From the NCBI GenBank assembly GCA_030264375.1, contig JASCQW010000032.1:52318901-52382900 (forward strand): 64,000 nt of DNA. The letters are read 5' to 3'. Below are positions 41,501 to 51,495 of the stretch, one piece after another (the first letter of the stretch is position 1; each line of letters starts with the position of its first letter). The notes below the pieces were generated by a model. The model was not told where the DNA came from. It saw only the letters and a program-made list of their open reading frames with translations, and searched no databases. The stretch comes from Carcharhinus longimanus. Taxonomy: Eukaryota. The translations under genes were made by a program, and so were the position numbers.

Positions 41501-44500
41501 TTCACACCAGATGTCACTCATATATCACTCCTTTCCTTACTGACCAAGTATGCTAATACTAGTTGCTCATCCTCGTCTTATATTCTTCCATGACCTCATC
41601 CTTCCCTATTGTTCCCTCTTGCTCTTCAATCTCCCCCCCCACCCAAACCCTGATTCTGGACTTCTGTGCAACATCCCTCTCTTCGCCCTACCACAGGTGA
41701 ATGTGCTTCAGTTGTCAAGGTCCCAACCTCCGCAATTCCCTCCCTAACCCCCCAACTTCCTTCAATACACTCCTCAGAATTCATGTCTTTGATATGCTTT
41801 TTGACAACCACACTCATATAGATTTCATATACCTCTGAAGTGCCTTGCAATGTTGCTCTATGCTAAAGATGCTATAAAAATTCAAAGTTGTTTTATCCGT
41901 GACCAAATCTGAAACATTTGCTGCAATGTTGCATAATATCTTGTATGAAATGTACATTCAACGATTTTGAAAAATATTTTAGAAGGGAAACAGTACCATT
42001 TTCTTTGCATATTTCTTGAGCTTTGTTCATTGTGTAGCCATTTCCAGGAGTTGAAATGAAAGTGTACCATTTGCTTTCAAATGGAATCCATGAAGCACCA
42101 GAATCAAAATCACAGTCTTGCAAAAAGAAAGAATAAAACTTTATTACATCCAGCTTTCAAGATCACAGATTTTCAACATTAGTTTCAGGAAACCCACTAC
42201 ACTTGATAGCAATCAGCCAATTTTATAAGTTTGCATGGTGTGTTCATTGTAACCTACTTATATCCTCCACTCCATATTTTCTCCCCATTGGTTATCAGGG
42301 ATAGAATTTCATGATTGTGGTGGGGGGGTCCCACGTACTGACTGGAAAACCAAATCCAATCCCTCCCCCGACTCCCGACAAGCTATTTTCAGGAGGCACT
42401 TACCTGTTCGTTCTTGGATTTCCTAGCTCCTATGAGAGAAATTTCTTCCCAGAAATCCTTCTGCAGGGCAGATATCCCACTTACAGAGAGCTGCCACTCA
42501 ATCAGAAGCTGGCAGCTTTTAGAACTGGCACTGCCATTGGGAGCAATGCCTCTTCTCACAATATGACTAAGTACAGGATCAATGATTGTGCTCCAGGAAT
42601 AAGCTGAGAGTGGCAGCTTCGCTGGGTTCAGACAGAGCGTTTCTGGTGAAGGGGGATTGATTTGAAGGTTTGGGATGGGAGGGGTGTCTTACTCTGGGTC
42701 TTTGTGTCCTCACCAGCAGTTGCCACCACTGGGCATGGAGTGCCCACCCAGGAGAGACACCATCTCCTTCCCTATTATATTAGTACCTCCTAATTGTCTA
42801 CATAGTCAGCACAAAAACTACTCTGCAAGTGCACACAGTATTAATAACGTTAATGGATTTTTTTTTTAAACTTCTTTCAAGGGATCTGAGTAACACTGGC
42901 AAGACATGATTTTTGTTGTTCATTCCTAATTGCCCTCAATGTGGTGGTGAGCAGCCTTCGTGAACAGACGCCTCTGGTGCAGTTAGGGAGTTCCAGGATT
43001 ATGATCCAGCGACAACGAAGGAACAGCAGCATAATTTCAAATCAGGATGGTATGTGGCTTGGAGAGGAACTTGCAGAGATTGCAATTCTTGTGTGTCTGC
43101 AGCCCTTGTCTTTCAACGTGTAAAGGTTGTGGGTTTGGAAGGTGCAGTTGAAGGAGCATTGCTAAGTTAGAACCACAGAATCCCTACAGTGCAGGAGGCC
43201 ATTCAACCCATTGAAACTGCACCGACTCTGAAGAAACATCTTACCCAGGCCCTAACCCCTGTTCCTTTCCCTGTAATCCTGCACATTTACTATGGCTAAT
43301 CTACCTAACATACACATCTTTGGACTGTGAAAGGAAATCAGAGCACACAGGAGGAAACCCACACAGTCACAGGGAAAACGTGCAAAGTCCACACAATCAC
43401 TCAAGGCTGGAATTGAACTTGGGTTCCTGGACCTGAGTGTTACTGCAGTGCATTCTGTAGATAATACACATTGCTGTCGCTATGTGTTGTTGGATGAGAA
43501 ATGAGTGTTTAAGGTGGTGGAGTGCCACCCAAGTGGGCTGTTCTGTCCTGGATTGTACTGAGCTTCTTAAATGTTGTTGGATCTATATTCATCCAGGCAA
43601 ATGGAGAGTATTCGGTCACACTCTTGACTTTTGTCTTGTAGATAGGGAGTCTGGGAATTAATTGCTAACTGCAGAATTCCCAGCCTCTGACCTGCTCTTG
43701 TAACCACAGTATGTATGTGCTGGTCCAATTCTATTTCTGGTTAATGGTAACCCCCAAGATATTTTGTATTTATTAGTGTCATAAATAGGTTTACATTAAC
43801 AATTAAGTTATTGTGAAAATCCCTGACTTGCCAGACTCAGATTCCTGGTCAGGTACACTGAGGAAGAATTTAGCATGGCCAATGCACCTAACCAGCACGT
43901 CTTTTTGGATTGTGGGAGGAAACTGGAGCACGCAGAGGAAACCCACACAGACATGGGGAGAACATGCAAACTCCACACTGACAGTCACCCCAAGATTGGA
44001 ATCAAACCTGGGTTCCTGGCACTGTGAGGTAACAGTGCTATCCACTGTGCAAACGAGATAGGGGAATGGATTTATCATTGTTCTAATGTGTTCTTAGCAT
44101 AGTTGTGCCGTTTTAATTTAAAACCTTTTTGCATTTCACTCTAACTTTGTAATGCACAAGAACTACAATTAAAAAACCACCATCACACTCCAAAGATGTC
44201 CACTTAGTTTACACAATTTGAAATGCACTGACACTGCTAAGTGACAGTCAATTTGAGCACTGAAAAAGTTCCACAAAGTACGAGTGACAAAATGACTAAC
44301 TGATCCGTTCATGCTGACATTACTTGAGGGAGGATTTTTGGTTATGGCACCAGGAGAACTTAAGTTTTCTTCTGAAAGTACCATGGAATCCTTTCCATCA
44401 ACAGGCATCAATATGATGGCACCTTTGTCAGAACAATGTTCACTTGATGCTGAACTGCATTATCAATCCAGATCAGAGTTCTCAGTTGGGAGAATTGAGA

Positions 44501-47500
44501 GAAGATTTCAGAAGATCAAGTTGGTTTGTCTCATTAGTCTCCCACTAATTGGTTTCTCCCTATCAGTCGTCTTCTGTGCTCTCCTATCTATTGACAATCA
44601 GAATAGTGTCCAATACTAAAACTGTGTATGTGTTAGCTCTCATCATTAGATGCCATTTTCAATGTGGTCAGAACAAGTTCTTCCTACAAGTATCACTGGC
44701 TTCTATGGATTTATCTCACCAAGCTTTTTTTGAGCATGTCTACATTCATTGTAGCCCACTTGCTGGTTTTAATGATAAGATAAAACAGTGAGAGTTAGGA
44801 ATTCTTGAAACCACGATTCAATGCAGGAAAATCAACGAATAGTGTTGCAGGAGCCAAGGTAGCAAGGCTTCCTTTCAACCTTTTTCCTTTCTTCTCTTAC
44901 AGAAACCAGCCCTTGTAGGTTTGAAGTCTGTTACTTAATTTAGAAAAAGAGAAATCTTTTTCCACATTTAAGCGATAGGTGAGTTGGGGAGGGACATCAT
45001 TAATGGAATGCTCATGTGCCAGGTGACCTTCAGTGGGGAGGGTCAGAGAAAAAGGGACTTAGTTGGTGGTGGTGAGGTGGGGGAGGTCGAGATTGAAGTG
45101 GTGGAGGCTACCTCGCTAAATATTTTTAAGACGCGGGTTGATGGGTTTTTGATAAGAGAGGGGATTAANNNNNNNNNNNNNNNNNNNNNNNNNNNNNNNN
45201 NNNNNNNNNNNNNNNNNNNNNNNNNNNNNNNNNNNNNNNNNNNNNNNNNNNNNNNNNNNNNNNNNNNNGGCGGGAATGTGGAACTGAGCCACGACAGATC
45301 AGCCATGATCTTATTGAATGGCGGGGCAGGCTCGAAGGGCTACATTGGCCTACTCCTGCTCCTATTTCTTATGTTCTTATGTTCGAGTCAAGAATAAAAG
45401 GCATGGAAAGAAAGACTGGCCAATCTCTGGACCTGCAATAATGAGTCAGGATATAGTGTGATTCTCTCCTTTGTCTTCAGTCTACGTTCATACAATAGCA
45501 GAATGCATTATCATGGGTTCCCTTTATATCCAGACTCCAACCTTTATACTGATGGCCACATTCTTCTCTGATGGATGGGTAGGCGTGGTTTGGCTGGGGT
45601 AGTCACAGGTACCTTCAACCTGTCTTTACAACAATCTGAGGTCTCAATCTGGTTCAAGAAGATGACCATCATCTTGGTGCAAAAGAGCCAAGCGGCAGAC
45701 CTTAATGACTATTGTCTGGTGGGATGGCTCTGACAGCCATCATAATGAAGTGCTTCGAAAAGTTAGTCACGGCACAAATCAATTCTGGCCTCCCGAGTTG
45801 CCTGGACAAACTACAGTTCGTCTAGCGCTGCAACAAGTCCATAGCTGACACCATCTCCCTGGCCCTGCACTCAACCCTGGAACACCTAGATAACAAAAAC
45901 ATCCATGTCGACTAAAGTTCACCCTTTAACACCAATTTTCCTATGAAACTCATCTCTAAACTCCGTGGCCTGAGGCTCGGCTCCTCCCTCTGCAGCTGGA
46001 TCCTGAACTTCCTGACCCATAGGCCACAATCAGTACGGATAGACAATAACACCTCCTCCATGATCATCCTCAACATTGGTGCTCCACAAGGCTGTGTTCT
46101 CAGCTGCCTACTATATTCATTGTACATCTATGACCGTGTGGCCAAATTCCCTCCAACTCGATTTTCAAGTTTGCTGATGACATCACTGTAGTGGGGTGGA
46201 TCTCAAACAACAAGACTGAGTACAGGAATGACAGACAGAATCTGATGAACTGGCGCAATGTCAACAAAAGGAAGGAAATCGTCATTGACTTCAGAAAACG
46301 TAGTGGAGGACATGCCCCTGTCTACATCAATGGGGACAAAGTTGAAATGGTCAAGAGCTTCAAGTTTTTAGGTATCCAGATGACCAACAACTTGTCCTGG
46401 TCCCACCTCCTTGCCAACGTTATAGTTAAGAAAGCCCACCAACGCCTCTACTTCCTCAGAAAACTAAAAGAAATTCGGCATGTCCGTTGCGACTCTCACC
46501 AACTTTTTACAGATGCACTGGCTGTATCACAGCTTCGTATGGCTCCTGCTCTGCCCAAGACCACAAGAAACTATAAAGAGCTGTGAACGAAGTCCAGTCC
46601 ATCACTCAAACCAGACTCCCACCCATTGACATCCACTACACTTCCCACTGCCTCAGAAAAGCAGCCAGCATAACTAAGGACCCCATGCACCCCAGACATA
46701 CTCCCTTCCACTTTCTTCTGTTGAGAAATGTCTGAGGACACATACCGACGCAAGAACAGCTTCTTCTCTGCTGCCATTAGACTTTTGAATGGACCTACCT
46801 CGCATTAAGTTGATCTTTCCCTATACCCAAGCTATGACTGCAACACTACATTCTGCACTCTCTTCTTTCCTTTTCTACGAACGGTATGCTTTGTCTGTAT
46901 AGTACCGAAAAAAACAAAACTTTTCACTGTATACTAATACATGTAACAATAATAAATCAAGTCAAATGATGCTCCCCTCCCCCTGCCCCACACACACAGA
47001 TCACAGAACTTTCTTCATCAAGTTTAACCCTAAGGACTGAAGAACTCTTCAATGGTGAAGGTGAGTTTAAAAAAAAACTACATTAGTCTTGCAAATCAAG
47101 GAAGTATGAAGACTGGTATTTAAGTTTTAGTTTCACTATACCTCAACTACAGGATGTAATTTTGTGCAGAAGTACTGTCAAATGATCTTCAAATGCTTTC
47201 AATTACAAAGATATGTATTCAATGCTTGTAATAAATAAAAACAAGCAACATTTTGACCCACTAAAATTCACAATGATTGCTTATAAAAGCTTGCAGCCTC
47301 ATCCTACACGTCAGTGCAGAAAATTGCTAAAGCAAACAAAAGAAGTGACATACCATTGCTAAGGGATTGATAATACAGTGTGCCATTGAAATTGTAAGGA
47401 AAACATTTGGAGATCAGAAGGCCAAGGAACTGGGGAAAAAAACAATGTCAAAAGACATTGTCAAAGGATGGATTGATTTAATGTCAGAAGACAGTTTTGC

Positions 47501-50500
47501 TGTGCATTGATCAACTCAGAGGCAACAGCTTTGTTAAACAACTTGATGAAGCCATTCTAAGATTTCTAAGATGTATCATTTGTCTATGTTCAGTATGTGT
47601 GGTGTAAAGAAAATGTAGACGACCTATTTTGTAAAGAGTTCAAGACAGCAAAGGGTCGGTAATATTTTCAAAACATCGGATGAATTCATGAGCATTGTTT
47701 TTTTTCCCCACCAAAAGGTATTTGCTCCAAAAGATATTGGATCAGATCTTCTTGGTGTCTCAACACAGCACTAACAGTCATTAATTTTNNNNNNNNNNNN
47801 NNNNNNNNNNNNNNNNNNNNNNNNNNNNNNNNNNNNNNNNNNNNNNNNNNNNNNNNNNNNNNNNNNNNNNNNNNNNNNNNNNNNNNNNNNNNNNNNNNNN
47901 NNNNNNNNNNNNNNNNNNNNNNNNNNNNNNNNNNNNNNNNNNNNNNNNNNNNNNNNNNNNNNNNNNNNNNNNNNNNNNNNNNNNNNNNNNNNNNNNNNNN
48001 NNNNNNNNNNNNNNNNNNNNNNNNNNNNNNNNNNNNNNNNNNNNNNNNNNNNNNNNNNNNNNNNNNNNNNNNNNNNNNNNNNNNNNNNNNNNNNNNNNNN
48101 NNNNNNNNNNNNNNNNNNNNNNNNNNNNNNNNNNNNNNNNNNNNNNNNNNNNNNNNNNNNNNNNNNNNNNNNNNNNNNNNNNNNNNNNNNNNNNNNNNNN
48201 NNNNNNNNNNNNNNNNNNNNNNNNNNNNNNNNNNNNNNNNNNNNNNNNNNNNNNNNNNNNNNNNNNNNNNNNNNNNNNNNNNNNNNNNNNNNNNNNNNNN
48301 NNNNNNNNNNNNNNTACTAGGCCACTCCCGGAACCTCCAAGAGCAGCCCACGCACGACCCACCGTGTGCATGCCCCTCGTTTGACAACGAGCTGGACCAA
48401 ACGAAATATTCTCTTCCACCTTCTTCCAGCGGGATAAGATATAAAATTCTGAAATCACACATCAACTGACTCAAGAACAGCTTCTTCCCTGCTGCTATGA
48501 GACTCTTGAATGGACCTACTTCATATTAGGTAGATGTTTCTGTGTACCCTAGCTATGACAGTAACACTACATTCCGCACCCCTTCCTTTTCTTCTCCTTT
48601 ATGTACTCTGAACGGCATGTTTTTTCTGTATAGTGATCAAGAAACAATACTTTTCACTGTATCCAGTACACGTGACAATAACAAATCACATTTTAAAACA
48701 AAATCAAGCACAAAGCCTTCAAAGCAAACTGGCAGGCAAGAAAGATCTTTATATTTACATGTCAGAAAAATAAAGCTGAGGACTTAGAGATACCAAAAAG
48801 AGAACTATAACCTCTTCACTATCTTGGATAAGAAATTCCAGCTTACTAAACAATGCTAAATTACAGTAGTTGGCCATGTTGTTCAGAGCGGATCCAAAAG
48901 TATCACCAGAGTGGGGATGCATAAATTTGACAGCCAGTTTCACAAAAAAGATAATGAGGTGCTGTGGTTTAAAAGCCTTATTGAACAGATGGTGGAACGA
49001 TAAAAGGATATGTATCCCTTTATTGTAATCACAGTCACCTTGCGCCTTGGGCCAAACATCCATCATTTTCACTTGTACAACTCTTTAGTGAAAAACTTAG
49101 GATCAGACACAATACTATAATTGCTCTAAACTTCACACACTGGGGAGTCAGTCTAATTTGTTTCCTAATTTGGTTCTTCCCAATGGAATTACCAAGCAAG
49201 GTCTTTGTAGTCTGCAGAATCCTCATGAAATCTGTTTGTCCCAATATGTCTTTGGGAATGGGCTGTGGGTGGAGTATCGCTGCATTTAGTTACATATAAA
49301 ATTTGCCTTCTGAGATAGATGCATCATAGACATGTTTATTATTTTTTTGCAGACAGGCTTAGATTGTTAAAGGCATGATGACTGTGCTATCATGCCATGA
49401 AAAATCTCTACCATGACCAAATCCAGATACTGGTTTAGAAATGTCGATGCAGAGCAGAATTTTGCTTCCTCAGAAATATACACAGAACCTTTTGCACACT
49501 CTCTCTCTTTGGTTCAGGACAGTCTGTACCAGTCAGCTTTGATGCATCAAGTCCAAATGCAGACTTGCTCTGAATGAAGCTCCTAGTTCTGGGATGTCAT
49601 TTTCAGTTCAGAGTCCAAAGATACAGGGAGAGGTGGGCCCAGTTAAAAATATCAGTGACTAGCAGCGTGACCACACACAGTGTAAGGGATACCTTCTCCT
49701 TCAGTATTCTCTCCTCTTTGTCCTTGCTTTCCCGCATTATTGCCTGTTTTGGGGTGGTTTCCTATAGTTCGAAGAACATTTCACACAACAGTTGCTGGTG
49801 CAAAACCAATTAACAAGAGCACTCAACTACCCTTTATTTCCGAAGGATATCTCCAACCAGAGACAGCAACTTTAATTTTGACATGCAGCCATGATTGGAT
49901 GGAAGAGAGAACAGAGCATTGGTTAAAGCACAGAGAAGGTGAGGGTTGGAAACTGGCACCAGGAGAAATAAAACACACAAGGGATGTGATTTAAGTAAAA
50001 ACCAAGATCAAAAAGAAGAAATGGCTGCCTTTCTGTTCTTGTAAAGAACTGATTGGTTTATAGTCACCATGTGATATACCACAGCCAATCAGCAACATCA
50101 CAGGCTTACTAAGTAGTACAGATTTATTTTTATCTATAGAAGATAAGCTGCTTTTCTTTCGAAATACTGAGCAAATAAAAGTGTTACTTTGACAAAGCAG
50201 CACTTTTAACTGGGACGTTGGCTGTTTCTGTTTAACTTTTCGCAAAAGGCAAAATTCTTCTGAAGATAGTGAATGAAATGCAAAAATATTTTGGAAAAAG
50301 GCTCGTCAGGATCAGGGAAAACTTTCAAAATTCAAATCAATACAATGCAACCCTTGATTAAGAATTAAATGTTTACCCCGAGCAAAATTGTTTGGCCTTT
50401 AGAGGGCGACAAATATAGCCCTGCCTACATTAAAGTTTTTTTAAAAAACGACAAATGTTTGTGTTAGTTCTTTTTAAGAGTCTGTGAAGACCATCTGGCG

Positions 50501-50847
50501 AAGTCACTAAGAAATAAAACTCTGCTAGGCTTCATACCGGGATTCTGAGAAGATAACAGTTCAGAGTAACTCCGGATTGAAGCGTAAAGGGAATTTGTTG
50601 GAGAATATCTCCCCAAACTTACACATCGCTTCATCCTAACTTTCTGACTCTTCCATCTAACGGGAAGTAGAAGGGGGAAAGCTTCGAGTTCGAAACTCTC
50701 CGAAGTTTTATGAAGAAGTCAGAAACAGCGAGCGAAGGGGAGAAAGTCAGTTTAAAACTCACCCGCTTGGGCTGAGGGAGACACAGGAGGAAGGCAGCAG
50801 GCGACCAGGCACATACAGTACAGAGCTCCAGTCCTCCTAACGTCCAT
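14397..50847 (-). CDS. CD302: CD302 antigen (DCL-1/CLEC13A), type I membrane C-type lectin; 6 coding exons: 50847-50763, 42116-41997, 36426-36313, 28065-27883, 16654-16622, 14599-14397
   Basis: Manually spliced ORF of 738 nt, all introns phase 1 GT-AG: [28 protein letters not shown]|[40 protein letters not shown]|[38 protein letters not shown]|[61 protein letters not shown]|[11 protein letters not shown]|[67 protein letters not shown]. It matches recalled human CD302 motifs (LGMFYDTD, WFD, NHILISALVIAS, DCVLVVGEENEY) and the 6-exon layout. Confidence 0.93.
15820..16200 (-). mobile_element. CR1 3' end
   Basis: [25 protein letters not shown] and acataaga tail. Confidence 0.7.
16622..16654 (-). 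CDS. CD302: CD302 exon 5 (33-nt stalk micro-exon)
   Basis: ttattctag acceptor, [12 protein letters not shown]|gtgagt donor; phase 1/1; corresponds to the short stalk exon of mammalian CD302. Confidence 0.75.
16900..17520. repeat. C-rich low-complexity region with degenerate ctcagactccccagcaccc-like units
   Basis: Recurring ctcagattcaccagcccc / ctcagacttaccagc / ctcagactccccagcaccc; gives spurious Pro-rich ORFs. Confidence 0.5.
17525..19559 (+). mobile_element. Rex1/Babar non-LTR retrotransposon, 5'-truncated, frameshifted, with internal gap
   Basis: [50 protein letters not shown]-like motif, RCTIESI; tail aataaatcaaatcaaa. Confidence 0.88.
21680..21970 (-). mobile_element. L2 LINE 3' end
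   Basis: caacttacatttctatagtggc...catcccaagctgctctacaa...tttagggaggcagttcatgagcttag. Confidence 0.5.
21980..23135 (+). mobile_element. Decayed CR1 ORF2
   Basis: [16 protein letters not shown] and SDHCIIEF endonuclease motifs; 3' end cagagtggtcagaatgcggaatttgttacca. Confidence 0.65.
23146..23467 (+). mobile_element. HE1-type V-SINE
   Basis: ggggcagcacggtggcagtggttagcactgctgc... ending in (gattctat)n. Confidence 0.88.
24730..24840 (-). mobile_element. Penelope-like terminal repeat copy
   Basis: Reverse complement of the 940-1076 family. Confidence 0.6.
25560..25965 (+). mobile_element. CR1 fragments
   Basis: [13 protein letters not shown]...[15 protein letters not shown]; CR1 3' tail tggcctacttctgctcctatttc. 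Confidence 0.65.
27883..28065 (-). CDS. CD302: CD302 exon 4 (CTLD C-terminus)
   Basis: ttttcag acceptor; [20 protein letters not shown]...[16 protein letters not shown]...VACET; A|gtgagt donor; 183 nt. Confidence 0.93.
29133..29465 (+). mobile_element. HE1-type V-SINE
   Basis: ttagcactgcggcctcacagtgccagggacctgggttcgattcc...tccaaagatgtgcaggttaggtggattggccatgct. Confidence 0.88.
30055..30392 (-). mobile_element. CR1 3' end (runs into gap)
   Basis: acatagaaacatagaa tail; similar copy at 54775-55060. Confidence 0.75.
31810..32150 (+). mobile_element. tRNA-derived SINE (second shark family)
   Basis: ggaggcgatggcctagtgg (A box)...ggtccaaatcc (B box)...aaaacccatctggttcactaa...agggaaggaaatctgccgtc; antisense copy at ~63770-64000. 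Confidence 0.7.
32447..32575. mobile_element. Small hairpin-containing MITE-like repeat
   Basis: caggtgggattttacag-16 nt-ctgtaaaatcccgcctg inverted pair; related elements at ~6150-6275 and ~61620-61760. Confidence 0.5.
33210..34350. mobile_element. CR1 3' fragments in both orientations around a gap
   Basis: [15 protein letters not shown] on the minus strand; + strand tail ggcctactcctgctcctatttcttatgttcttatgt at 34073-34146; [13 protein letters not shown] on the minus strand at ~34260. Confidence 0.7.
36313..36426 (-). CDS. CD302: CD302 exon 3 (CTLD middle; alternative in-frame acceptor at 36432)
   Basis: [16 protein letters not shown]...[10 protein letters not shown] (human ADMISIHNEEENAFIL...LLGMFYDTD); A|gtaagt donor. 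Confidence 0.93.
36960..37089. repeat. 62-bp-arm hairpin from two inverted Penelope-like terminal repeats
   Basis: Arms 36960-37021 and 37028-37089, 7 mismatches, 6-nt loop. Confidence 0.85.
37560..39960 (-). mobile_element. Decayed CR1 ORF2 cluster with inserted HE1 SINE (~38725-38925) and CR1 tails
   Basis: [24 protein letters not shown]...MADELN on the minus strand; RT C-terminal motifs at 38100-38300. Confidence 0.65.
40890..41211 (+). mobile_element. HE1-type V-SINE inserted into an L2 relic
   Basis: ttagcattgctgcctcacagcgccaggg...; flanking 41220-41890 encodes [14 protein letters not shown] (L2 LIHAFVTSRLDY) and an L2 tail. Confidence 0.75.
41997..42116 (-). CDS. CD302: CD302 exon 2 (CTLD N-terminus)
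   Basis: Polypyrimidine tract plus caag acceptor; [20 protein letters not shown]...AQEICKEN; G|gtactg donor; 120 nt. Confidence 0.9.
43170..43430 (-). mobile_element. HE1-type V-SINE
   Basis: V-domain cacatctttggactgtg and B box reversed; nested in a CR1-clade 3' fragment (42870-43760). Confidence 0.75.
43770..44050 (-). mobile_element. HE1-type V-SINE
   Basis: tttagcatggccaatgcacctaacc...ggcactgtgaggtaacagtgcta. Confidence 0.8.
45600..46946 (+). mobile_element. Rex1/Babar LINE, decayed
   Basis: [41 protein letters not shown]; tail aataaatcaagtcaaa. Confidence 0.88.
47280..47690 (+). mobile_element. hAT (Charlie/Buster, ZBED8/SCAND3-like) transposase relic
   Basis: [53 protein letters not shown]...QLDEA...VYVQYVW...DLFCKE; frameshifted. 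Confidence 0.75.
48405..48690 (+). mobile_element. Rex1/Babar 3' end
   Basis: atcaactgactcaagaacagcttcttccctgctgctat... and the family 3' UTR. Confidence 0.75.
50763..50847 (-). CDS. CD302: CD302 exon 1 (signal peptide)
   Basis: aaacATGG Kozak context; [28 protein letters not shown] is a hydrophobic leader ending AQA; G|gtgagt donor, phase 1 matching exon 2. Confidence 0.85.
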
Positions 50848-51292
50848 GTTTAAAACTCTCACCCCACTGTCTGAAAACAGATGTTAGGAGCCCATAAGCT
50901 CTAACCTCGTGAACATTTGAACTTTAAATGCGTCATGTTTGCGTTGCAAAACGAACTGGCAAAAACAGAAGCAGCCGGCCGAGCTCAGCCAGCNNNNNNN
51001 NNNNNNNNNNNNNNNNNNNNNNNNNNNNNNNNNNNNNNNNNNNNNNNNNNNNNNNAAGCTACACAAAACCTGCCTCGATTTTATCATACCACTGTGCTGT
51101 CAGATTATCAAGCACCAGAAAAAAAACTGAAACAATCCAAATGTGGTTGCAAATGGGAACGAACCTTATATAAGTATTCCAAAACCAAGGGTTTAACCTA
51201 AAATGAAAAATAAACTTGTGACAAATGTGATGGGCCGAATGGCCTCCTTCTGCAATGTAGTTCTTTATAATGTTTCGTGAAGAGGTTTCAAA

Positions 51293-51495
51293 TGTTGTAG
51301 GGTTGAAGAATAACTGTATTAATAACTAAGCATATACAGGATAGAATCCTGACCAGGTGCTATCTTCAATCTTACTTTCATCGCACTCACCACGACCTCT
51401 ACTATTACCATGTGACTCTCCACATCATAATATGGGTGGGAGTGTTTCCCCTGTCCCACATTAACCCTTATAGTCCCGAACAGCCTAATACTACA
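51293..51495 (-). repeat. Putative 3' LTR (~203 bp) of the Gypsy relic
   Basis: Bounded TGTTGTA...TACTACA (TG..CA with a short inverted terminus); preceded on the minus strand by purine-rich gggggcaag (PPT-like). Confidence 0.6.
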
